Of a DNA stretch of 64,000 nucleotides, positions 11,232-19,627 are shown in pieces. Numbering within the stretch: position 1 is the first letter of the stretch; each line of letters opens with the position of its first letter. The notes under the pieces were generated by a model. The model was not told where the DNA came from. It did not search any database and worked only from the letters and a program-made list of their open reading frames with translations. A program made the translations under genes and the position numbers. Origin of the DNA: Deltaproteobacteria bacterium (lineage in GTDB: Bacteria; Myxococcota_A; UBA9160; SMWR01). The stretch spans positions 32,001-96,000 of the forward strand of contig JAQBHB010000078.1 of NCBI GenBank assembly GCA_032128115.1. The letters are read 5' to 3'.

Positions 11232-12289
11232 AGAGCCGCCGCGCCGACCCGGCCGGGTGGGCGCGCGAGCTGGGCATCTCGCGCGAGGCGGTGGAGGTGT
11301 ACCTGGCGAGCGACGTGCTCGACCTACACCTGGACAGCTACATCTGGACTCGCATCCTGGGCTACGACCTGCGCAAGCGTCACGGCGGCGGCCTCGGCGG
11401 CTGGCGAGTCTACAGCCAGGTCGACTTCCCCCGCGTGCGCGAGGCGGCCATGACCGGCGCCACCTGGGTGATCACCACCAACCCGCTGCGCACCGCCGCA
11501 TCCCGCCCGCGCGTACTGCTCGAAAACCTGCGGCGGCTGCAGGCGATCTTCGACAGCGTGCCCGACGACTTCCGGTTGGTGCGCAACGCGGCCGAGTACC
11601 GCGAAGCCGTGGACGGCGGCGCCCACGCCGCCTTCGTCGGAATCCAGGGCGGAAATGCCCTCGACCGGGACCTGGACGCTCTCGACCTGATCCCGGACGA
11701 CCTGGTACTCCGCATCACCCTGGTGCACCTGTACTCGTCTCGGATCGGCGTCACCAGCGCGCCCGGGGGCGCACGCCGGGGGCAGGGACTCTCGAATTTC
11801 GGCCGCGATTTCGTGGCTCGTCTGGACGAGAAGCGCATCCTGGTGGACCTGGCCCACATCAACCGACGGGGATTTTTCGACGCGGTGGAGGTCCATGATC
11901 CGTCGCTTCCCCTGCTGGTGAGCCACACCGGTGTCACTGGGGTGACGCCCCACTGGCGCAACGTGGATGACGAGCAGCTGCGCGCGGTGGCGGAAACCGG
12001 GGGCACCGTGGGCGTGATGTACCAGTCCTCGTTCCTGGGCGAGGCCACGTGGGGCGGACGGGCCGAGGGCGTGGTGCGCCATCTGGCCCATATCGTGGAA
12101 TCCGTCGGAGAGGACTTTGTTTCCCTGGGAAGCGATTGGGACGGCGCCATCCTGCCACCCCGGGATCTCAAGAGTCCAATCGATCTGCCGCGGCTGGTAG
12201 AAGCGATGCTGAAGCGCGGCTGGAGCCCGGAGCGGATCCACAAGATTCTCGGCGGGAACTTCCTGCGCGTGGTAGCGGCGATCCGCTAA
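11228..12289 (+). CDS. Membrane dipeptidase (peptidase M19 family)
   Basis: DLHLD, VDLAH, VSHTG, LGSDWDG, ILGGNFLRV. Confidence 0.9.
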   Translation: MKSRRADPAGWARELGISREAVEVYLASDVLDLHLDSYIWTRILGYDLRKRHGGGLGGWRVYSQVDFPRVREAAMTGATWVITTNPLRTAASRPRVLLENLRRLQAIFDSVPDDFRLVRNAAEYREAVDGGAHAAFVGIQGGNALDRDLDALDLIPDDLVLRITLVHLYSSRIGVTSAPGGARRGQGLSNFGRDFVARLDEKRILVDLAHINRRGFFDAVEVHDPSLPLLVSHTGVTGVTPHWRNVDDEQLRAVAETGGTVGVMYQSSFLGEATWGGRAEGVVRHLAHIVESVGEDFVSLGSDWDGAILPPRDLKSPIDLPRLVEAMLKRGWSPERIHKILGGNFLRVVAAIR

Positions 12290-12299
12290 AATACCGGGC

Positions 12300-13421
12300 A
12301 TGCGAACCGAACTCTGCAAACGACTGGGCATCGAGTTTCCGATCTTTGCCTTCACTCACTGCCGGGACGTGGCGGCTGCAGTCAGCAATGCCGGCGGCAT
12401 GGGAGTGCTTGGCGCCGTGGGCTTCACGGCCGAGCAACTCGAGATCGAGCTGAAGTGGATCGACGACCATGTGGGCGACAAGCCCTACGGCGTGGACATC
12501 GTGATCCCGGGCAAATACGAGGGCCAGGGCGAGCTCGACGTGGACAAGCTCGAGGCCCAGCTGCGCGCCGCCATTCCCAAGGGACACCGCGAGTTCGCCG
12601 CCAAGCTGCTGGCCGACCACGGCGTGCCGGATCTTCCCGAGGGCGAGAAGGCGCGAGAGCTTCTGGGCTGGACCGCGGCCACCGCCGGCCCCCAGGTGGA
12701 AACGATCCTCAGGCACGACAAGGTGAAGCTCGTGGCCAACGCCCTGGGCACGCCACCCACCGACGTGATCAAACAGATCCAGGACACCGGCCGACTGGTG
12801 GGCGCCCTGTGCGGACGGCCGGACCATGCCTTGAAGCACAAGGAGGCGGGTGTCGACTTCATCATCGCCCAGGGAACCGAGGGGGGCGGCCACACCGGCG
12901 ACATCGGCAGCATGGTGCTGTGGCCCGAGGTGATCGACTCGGTGGCGCCGACCCCGGTCCTGGCCGCGGGCGGCATCGGCACCGGCCGCCAGATGGCGGC
13001 GGCGCTGGCCATGGGCGCCCAGGGCGTGTGGACCGGCTCCCTGTGGCTCACCGTGGAGGAGGCCGAGGTCCCGCCGGCGCAGATGGAGTCGCTCCTCAAG
13101 GCCACGATCCGCGACACCGTCCGCTCGCGCTCCTACACGGGAAAGCCCTGCCGCATGCTGCGCAACGATTGGACCGAAGCCTGGGCCGACGACCAGAACC
13201 CCGCGCCGCTCGGCATGCCGCTGCAGTTCATGGTGACCGCCGACGCGGTATCGAGAACCAGTCGCTACGCGGACAAGGCCCAGGACGTGGCCTTCAACCC
13301 GGTGGGACAGATCGTGGGTCAGATGAACGAGATCCGGCCCGTGCGCGAAGTGATCGTGAAGCTGGTGGAGGAGTATCTGGAGAGCGTGGAGCGGCTCGAG
13401 ACCCTCAATCAGAACGCGTAG
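12300..13421 (+). CDS. Nitronate monooxygenase family flavoprotein
   Basis: AQGTEGGGHTG, LAAGGIGTG, GAQGVWTGS. Confidence 0.92.
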   Translation: MRTELCKRLGIEFPIFAFTHCRDVAAAVSNAGGMGVLGAVGFTAEQLEIELKWIDDHVGDKPYGVDIVIPGKYEGQGELDVDKLEAQLRAAIPKGHREFAAKLLADHGVPDLPEGEKARELLGWTAATAGPQVETILRHDKVKLVANALGTPPTDVIKQIQDTGRLVGALCGRPDHALKHKEAGVDFIIAQGTEGGGHTGDIGSMVLWPEVIDSVAPTPVLAAGGIGTGRQMAAALAMGAQGVWTGSLWLTVEEAEVPPAQMESLLKATIRDTVRSRSYTGKPCRMLRNDWTEAWADDQNPAPLGMPLQFMVTADAVSRTSRYADKAQDVAFNPVGQIVGQMNEIRPVREVIVKLVEEYLESVERLETLNQNA

Positions 13422-14877
13422 CGTAGAGCGCCGGCGGGGACGTCAGCACCAGCAACATCGCGAGCCCCAGCATGCGGTGGTAGCTCAGCGGGAAGACATC
13501 GAAGGTCGGCACGACGATCGCCAACAGGATTGCCAGGGCCACCGCCACCGGCCGCTCGCGCCCGCGCGTGGCCACGGCGAACAAAGCCAGCGGAATCGCC
13601 AGCACGTAGTGGTGCTCCCAGACCGACGAGGCCGCCACCAGTCCGAACGCCAATGCGTCCGCCCCGTGTCCGAACAGGCGCAGCTCTTCCGGCGGCGCCG
13701 ACGACGCCGAAACCTCGCGGCGCCGGAACGCCGACTCACGCTGCAGGAAGCGCCACGTGAACCAGGCGCTTGCCGCCAACACGAGCGCCATGGCTGCGCC
13801 GCGAATCCAGGACTCGAAATCCAGGGGATCGATGCCGAGGCCCAACCACAACAGGTTGAAGAGGATCCCGAAGAAGTTGTTGTTGCGGATGTTGTGCTCC
13901 CACGGAAACGTGGGCAGGAAGGCGAAGAACCCCTCCCAGTGGTCCCAATCGGAGAAGAACCCCGTCTGGGACGCGATCAGAAACAGCACCCCCGCCACCG
14001 CCGCCAACGACAGCTTCCAGAAGCGCGCGACGGTGAGCGCCCCCCACAGCACCAGCGGGTAGAGCTTCACGTGGATCGCGACTGCGATGCTGAGTCCCGC
14101 CAGGATCGGCCGCCGCCGGGCCCACAGCAGGCCCAACAACGAGAGATCCAGCACCCACAGATTCACCTGATTCCAGCGCAGGGTGCGCAGGAGCGGGTTG
14201 TCGAAGATCAGGATCGCCGCCACCAGGGCGTGGGCCGCCACTTCGGGTACGCCCAGCCGCCGGCTGAACTGGTAGGAGGCGGCGTAGGCCAGGCCCACCA
14301 GCAGCAGCAGGACGCAGCGGTAGTAGTAGAAGACGCTGTTCCAGACGTCTTTTTCTGCGGTGAAATTCAGACTGTCGAGGCCCGGACGGTGCTGGATACG
14401 ACCCGTGAGCTCCGGCGCGCTCTCGACCCAGCGGTAGGCGGCAGCCATCGCCTGGGCCGTGAGCGGCGGATACAGATAGGGCGGCTTGCCGTCGTACAGA
14501 CCCTCGCCCTTCAGCAGACGCTCGGCCGCATTCTGGTAGGCGCCGTAGTCGTAGGTCCGGTACGAGTACTCGCTCACGTAGGTAACGAAGTAGAGGCCCG
14601 TGACCAGGGGAATCAGGACGGCAGCTTTTGCGCCGAGCCCGCCCTGCCCTGCCAGAGAACGCAGCCGGATGCCGGCCCAGACGAACAGGGCGACGGACCC
14701 GGTGAGCCCCAGAAGCTCGAAGCGCATGTAGGATTTCGTGTAGCTGCGGCCGAGCCAAGCGCTGTCGAACGAAGCCCAATACAGCGGAAAGCCACACGCC
14801 AACGCCACGCCACACACCGCCATCACGACGACGCCGATTCGAACGGCAAGGCCTCGAGCGGCAAGACCTCGGCTCAC
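13405..14877 (-). CDS. GT87/DUF2029-like membrane glycosyltransferase
   Basis: DYGAY, YLYPPL, NQVN, KLYP, WEHHY motifs; many TM segments. GTG start overlaps the upstream TGA (GTGA). Confidence 0.8.
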   Translation of the reverse strand: MSRGLAARGLAVRIGVVVMAVCGVALACGFPLYWASFDSAWLGRSYTKSYMRFELLGLTGSVALFVWAGIRLRSLAGQGGLGAKAAVLIPLVTGLYFVTYVSEYSYRTYDYGAYQNAAERLLKGEGLYDGKPPYLYPPLTAQAMAAAYRWVESAPELTGRIQHRPGLDSLNFTAEKDVWNSVFYYYRCVLLLLVGLAYAASYQFSRRLGVPEVAAHALVAAILIFDNPLLRTLRWNQVNLWVLDLSLLGLLWARRRPILAGLSIAVAIHVKLYPLVLWGALTVARFWKLSLAAVAGVLFLIASQTGFFSDWDHWEGFFAFLPTFPWEHNIRNNNFFGILFNLLWLGLGIDPLDFESWIRGAAMALVLAASAWFTWRFLQRESAFRRREVSASSAPPEELRLFGHGADALAFGLVAASSVWEHHYVLAIPLALFAVATRGRERPVAVALAILLAIVVPTFDVFPLSYHRMLGLAMLLVLTSPPALYATRSD

Positions 14878-16064
14878 GGGAGAACGCTCTGCGTTCGGGA
14901 TCGGATCTCCCGATGCTGCACGAGAAGAAGATAGAGGAGGCCGAGAACGCCGATCAAGGGCGCCGCCGGCACCAGGCTGCGCAGCAGGCGCCAGTCCGCC
15001 GGGAGTGCCTCCAGCGCGCCGAGCAACGGGAAATTCACCAGGACGAACGACAGCACAAAGACCACCCAGCCCGGCGCTCCGCCCGCGCGCGCCGCACGCA
15101 ATACGAAGAACAGGGGGATCAGCGCAAACACGAAGTAGTGATCCCACACCACGGGAAAGATCGCGAGGGCCACGCACAGGGCCATGGCGAATTCGAGCGA
15201 CCACGCGCGGCGAACGCCTTCACGGGCTGCCGCAGCCCCCGAGACCCACAAAACGCCCAGGAGGGCAGCACTCGCCCCCAGCACCGCGGCTCCCCACCCG
15301 GGCGGCACCGCCACCGGCGCCCACCGAAACAGACCCTCGGGGCCAGGGCCCAGCGCCTGCACCACGCGCATGACCGAACCCAGCAGGCTGGCGTTGTTGT
15401 AGGCAGTGAGCGCCGTACCAGTGTTCTGGAAAATCACCGCGTCCCAGTACTCCCCGTGCAGGGGCAAACCGAACCACACCACGGACAGCAACAGGAGTGC
15501 GGCAAACGTGAGCGCAGCCGCCCCCACCGTCGCCATCTCGCGGCGGACCCAGAACGGAAGCAGCAACAGCCCCGCCGGGATCTTGATCAGGAAGGCCAGA
15601 CCCAGCAACGCCCCTGCCGTCCGGCGCCGGTCGCGTTCGAAGGCCACGAAGGCCCACGCGAGCAGCGCCAGGCAGACGGGCGTGAGCTGGCCCAGACGCA
15701 CGCCGACGAACCACGCGCGGCACGAGACGAACAGCGCCAGACACAGCCAGCGTTCGCCGGGGGAGCGCGCCAGCCCCACCAGGACGGCGACGAACGCCGC
15801 CAGATAGGCCCCGATCTCGACGGCAAGAAAGATGCGCGACGCCGTTTCCCGGTTCGCCGCGCCCAGGGGCGACAACAGGCCTGCAACCAGAGGCAGATTC
15901 TTGAGGCCTTCGTAGCCGTATTCGAAGCTGCCCGTCTGCCACACCTGGCGCGCGGCGGCATGATAGGCCTTGTCGAAATCGGTGTTCTTGACCCCCACCA
16001 GAAGCGGCGTCGCCACGGCGAAAGCGGTCAGCAGGAACACCGGAGCCACGTCGAGGACCCTCAC
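14874..16064 (-). CDS. GT87/DUF2029-like membrane glycosyltransferase
   Basis: DFDKAY, LGQ, KIP, NASL, WDHY motifs; many TM segments. Confidence 0.8.
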   Translation of the reverse strand: MRVLDVAPVFLLTAFAVATPLLVGVKNTDFDKAYHAAARQVWQTGSFEYGYEGLKNLPLVAGLLSPLGAANRETASRIFLAVEIGAYLAAFVAVLVGLARSPGERWLCLALFVSCRAWFVGVRLGQLTPVCLALLAWAFVAFERDRRRTAGALLGLAFLIKIPAGLLLLPFWVRREMATVGAAALTFAALLLLSVVWFGLPLHGEYWDAVIFQNTGTALTAYNNASLLGSVMRVVQALGPGPEGLFRWAPVAVPPGWGAAVLGASAALLGVLWVSGAAAAREGVRRAWSLEFAMALCVALAIFPVVWDHYFVFALIPLFFVLRAARAGGAPGWVVFVLSFVLVNFPLLGALEALPADWRLLRSLVPAAPLIGVLGLLYLLLVQHREIRSRTQSVLP

Positions 16065-16927
16065 ACCTTTGCGATCACCTGCTCGGCGAAGCGCTCCAGA
16101 GCCTCGATCTTCTGATCCACGGCCATGGTGTCCTTCTCGTAGGCGTTCCGGAAGCCCACGATGGCGTCGGTGACGCCCACGTCCTCCAGCCGGCGGACGC
16201 CGTCCGGCGTGTAGGCGTCCAGCGAGATCACGTGCACCTCGAAGGAATTCTTGTCGGTTCCGTACTCGACTCGCAGCTCAGCCAGACGTTTGATCAGGCG
16301 CCCGAGCTCCGCGCCGTCTCCCCCCGCGTGCATCCAGCCATCTCCAAGACGCGCGGCGCGCACGAGCGCCGGCTCGGCGTGGCCGCCGATCAGGATGGGA
16401 ATCGGTCGACTCGGTGCCGGGCACATCTTGATGCTCTCCAGATCGTAGTGTTCGCCGTGGAACTCGAAGAATCGCCCGGTCGTGAGGCCCCGGATGATCT
16501 CGATCATCTCGTCCATGCGCTTGCCGCGGGCCTTCCACTCGCTTCCCGTCACCCGGAAATCCTCGGGCCACGGCGACAGGCCCACACCGAAGCCGAAACG
16601 GTTCCCCGTCAGGACCGCCAGCGAGGCCGCCTGCTTGGCCACCAGCACCGGCTGTCGGATGGCGAGCTTCACCACGAAGGTGGTAAAGCGGATCTTCTCG
16701 GTCCGGGCGCCCAGGAACGGAATCAGGGCGAACGGATCGATGAAGGGTTTGTCCTCGAGGAAGCCCCGATTCCCGTCCGGCGTGTAGGGGTAGCTGCTGT
16801 CGGAGACCTCCGGGTAGCAGAGGCTGTCGGGCACCCCGAAGGAGGTCCAGCCGCTGCGATCTGCGGCTTCCGCGAGCGGGAGGTAGTGGCTGGGATCGCA
16901 CATGGACTCGACGAAGGTGAAGCGCAT
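16061..16927 (-). CDS. LLM-class, probably F420-dependent oxidoreductase
   Basis: MRFTFVESMCDP, DPFALI, FGFGVGLSPWPEDF, PILIGGHAEPALVRAARLGDGW. Confidence 0.88.
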   Translation of the reverse strand: MRFTFVESMCDPSHYLPLAEAADRSGWTSFGVPDSLCYPEVSDSSYPYTPDGNRGFLEDKPFIDPFALIPFLGARTEKIRFTTFVVKLAIRQPVLVAKQAASLAVLTGNRFGFGVGLSPWPEDFRVTGSEWKARGKRMDEMIEIIRGLTTGRFFEFHGEHYDLESIKMCPAPSRPIPILIGGHAEPALVRAARLGDGWMHAGGDGAELGRLIKRLAELRVEYGTDKNSFEVHVISLDAYTPDGVRRLEDVGVTDAIVGFRNAYEKDTMAVDQKIEALERFAEQVIAKV

Positions 16928-16987
16928 GGGGGCAGCGTATGGGTCCCGGCGGCTGCGTTCAACGCCTGGGCTGAATACACTGGGTCC

Positions 16988-18412
16988 GTGGCGAAGCTCT
17001 CGTACGCACGGGCCTGGGCTCGGCTGGCCGAAGCCGACCCGGACGGGCTCGCCGTGATCTGTGGCGACCGATCCATCACCCGCGGCGCACTCGAGCGGCG
17101 GGCCAACCGGCAGGCGCGGGCCTACGCGGATCTCGGCGTGGGGCCGGGTGATTTCGTCACGCTGATCCTCCCCAACAGCGTCGATTTCTTCGCCGCCTGC
17201 CTGGCCACCTGGAAGCTCGGCGCGGTGCCCAACCCGATCTCGTCGCGGCTGCCGGCCGCCGAGCGCGACGCCATCCTGGAACGCGCCGCTCCGGCCCTGG
17301 TGGTGGACGCGGACTTCGAGCCCGACCCGGCCCTTTCGGACGCACCGCTTCCGGACGCCCAGCCCCCCCACGAGCGCGCCATGGCCTCCGGCGGCAGCAC
17401 GGGCCTGCCCAAGCTGATCGTGGCCCTGAACCCGGCGCAGTACGACCCGGAGGCGCCTTCCGCGATCTTCAAGGCCCGGCACGCCGTACTCGTCCCCGGC
17501 CCGCTCTACCACGCGGTGCCCTTCAGCGCCGCCTGGCAGGGTCTATTCGGGGGTGCCCTGGCCGTCGTGATGCGCCGCTTCGACGCGGGCCATTGCCTCG
17601 AATTGATCGAACGCCACGCCATCGACCGCGTGCACTTCGTGCCCACCATGATGCTGCGCATCTGGCGGCTTCCGGAAGCCGAGCGCCTGGGGCGCGATCT
17701 GTCGTCGCTCTCGTTCGTGATGACAGGCGGCGCTCCCTGCCCGGCCTGGCTCATGCGGGCCTGGATCGACTGGCTGGGGCCCGACGTGATGCACGAGGCC
17801 TTCGGCCCCAGCGAGCGCATCGGCGGCACCTTCATCACGGGACGCGAGTGGTTGGCGCATCCGGGCTCGGTGGGTCGGCCCAGCGGCGGGGCCAGGCTCA
17901 AGATCGTCGACCCGGACACCGGACGCGAACTGCCAGCGGGCCAGATGGGCGAGATCTACATGCTGCCCGCCGGCGGCCGCGGCAGCACCTACCGCTACGT
18001 GGGCGCGCGAGCCCGTGCCGATCACGACGGCTTCGAGTCGGTGGGCGACATGGGAACCCTGGACACGGACGGCTATCTCTTCCTAGGCGACCGGCGCAGC
18101 GACATGATCCTGTGCGGCGGCCGCAACGTGTATCCGGCGGAGGTGGAGGCCGCCATCGAGGCCCATCCCGCCGTGCGCTCGAGCGCGGTGATCGGCCTGC
18201 CCGACGACGACCTGGGCCAGCGCATCCACGCCCTGGCGGAAACCGACGGCTCCCTGGATTCCGACTCCCTCGCCGAAGCGTTGCGGGCCCACCTGCGCGA
18301 TCACCTGGTGGCGTGGAAGATCCCGCGCAGCTTCGAGTGGGTGGATCACCCGCTCCGAGACGAAGCCGGCAAGGTACGCCGCGCGGCGCTTCGCGAGGCG
18401 CGCCTGGGTTGA
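16988..18412 (+). CDS. AMP-binding acyl-CoA synthetase/ligase
   Basis: SGGSTGLPK, GPLYH, SVGDMG, GGRNVYPAEVE, WKIPR. GTG start 6 nt after TACACT. Confidence 0.9.
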   Translation: MAKLSYARAWARLAEADPDGLAVICGDRSITRGALERRANRQARAYADLGVGPGDFVTLILPNSVDFFAACLATWKLGAVPNPISSRLPAAERDAILERAAPALVVDADFEPDPALSDAPLPDAQPPHERAMASGGSTGLPKLIVALNPAQYDPEAPSAIFKARHAVLVPGPLYHAVPFSAAWQGLFGGALAVVMRRFDAGHCLELIERHAIDRVHFVPTMMLRIWRLPEAERLGRDLSSLSFVMTGGAPCPAWLMRAWIDWLGPDVMHEAFGPSERIGGTFITGREWLAHPGSVGRPSGGARLKIVDPDTGRELPAGQMGEIYMLPAGGRGSTYRYVGARARADHDGFESVGDMGTLDTDGYLFLGDRRSDMILCGGRNVYPAEVEAAIEAHPAVRSSAVIGLPDDDLGQRIHALAETDGSLDSDSLAEALRAHLRDHLVAWKIPRSFEWVDHPLRDEAGKVRRAALREARLG

Positions 18413-19606
18413 TCAGCGCCGCGCCATCAACCGCATCAGGTAGGGGGCCAGCGGCCGGAACAGGCGCCCCAGCAGAAGCTGCACCGGGCTCGGAACCGGC
18501 GTGTTGCTCGCCGAGCCGAAGCTCGTCAGGTCGAGCTCTTCGCGGATGTCGCCACTCATGGCGCTCATCGGCGTGTCCAGCGGAATACCCGTCGAATCGG
18601 CGATGCGCACCATGCGCTGGAAGTTCGACGCGACGGCGGCAGCATCTACCAGGCCCTCGGGCCCCAGCGCCTGACGCACCCGCTCGCGGGCATCCGAAAG
18701 GGCGTCGTCGTCGTCTCCCACCACCGCATCGGCGAACGCCACCAGTTCGGCGGCGTGGGCCACGCCGCACTTCGCAGCAGATTCCGGATCGGTGATCGCC
18801 CGCAGATCCACCGCCTCATGGCTCGACTCGCTGCTCGCACGGAGCAGCAATGCGTGTGCGCTGGTTCAGTAGAAGCACTCGTTGAGTGCCGACACGCGCC
18901 CCGCAAGCAACTCCACCTGCAGGCGGTCAAGACCTGCCGTGCCGCGCGTCAGGTCCATCATGTCCTTCGGGCGCAGGTAGTGGGCGGCGCTCAGGTCCGT
19001 GAGTCCGCGCACCTCATCGGGCACCAGCGAGAGCGCCCGGATCACGTTGCCGGTTCGATCCGAGCCGTAGAGATCCGCCTCGTCGCCGGTGGCGCGGGAT
19101 TCCTTGATCATGGGAACCCAGGCCGACTCGGGCAGCGCGCCCGTCGGGCGCCGCCGGGAGGGTTCGCCCGCCTGGGACTCCGGCAGCGGGTGGAGCGGCA
19201 CCCCGAGCCCGCGGCAGAAGGCATCGATGCTGACCACCGTCACCACCACGCCCACGAGCTCCACGTAATGAGCATCGCCGAGACCGTCTGCTTGGCACTT
19301 CTCGAACCAGGTGTGCGTCAGGCGGCCAGGATCCGTCGTGATCTGGTGGACGGCCTCCACCGCGGTGGCCGGGAGCTCTCCCGAACTCGCGTGTTCTGCG
19401 TGGTTCACCCGAGACGGGAGCGCCTGCTTGCGCTCGAGGCACAGGGGGCAGTCGGCGGCATTGCGCACCTCCTGGGCGATCGCCACGCGTTCTGCGCCGG
19501 TCCACCAGGTGCCCGCCTTCGCCAGACGCGACCAGGCGCGCTGGTGGGCTTCGGGAAGATCCTCTCGAACGGGAACCGGCGCGCCAGCGTAGGAGATGGT
19601 CGTCAG
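18413..19606 (-). CDS. AhpD/carboxymuconolactone-decarboxylase-like alkylhydroperoxidase-related selenoprotein (CFYU motif; UGA 18866-18868 read as Sec), about 397 aa
   Basis: Track ORFs 18866..19486 and 18413..18850 are in one frame, joined by LNECFY-TGA-TSAHALLLR, which matches the AhpD CxxC-xxx-H motif with U. SECIS-like hairpin follows. Probable CTG start after GGAGGG. Confidence 0.85.
18828..18850 (-). promoter_or_regulatory. Putative bacterial SECIS hairpin of the AhpD-like selenoprotein
   Basis: UUGCUGCUC-CGUGC-GAGCAGCGA: 9-bp stem with one G-U pair, 5-nt loop with G at position 2, and 24 nt between the UGA and the loop. Confidence 0.72.
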
Positions 19607-19627
19607 GGGATGCCCTCCGCCAGCAGT

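Noticed and set aside
18866..18868. Pseudogene reading of the split AhpD-like gene (and of the Prx at 33243)
   Set aside because: Both stops are TGA, sit at the catalytic Cys position, are followed by similar hairpins, and there are no other lesions. Sec is the simpler explanation, pending a selABC check.
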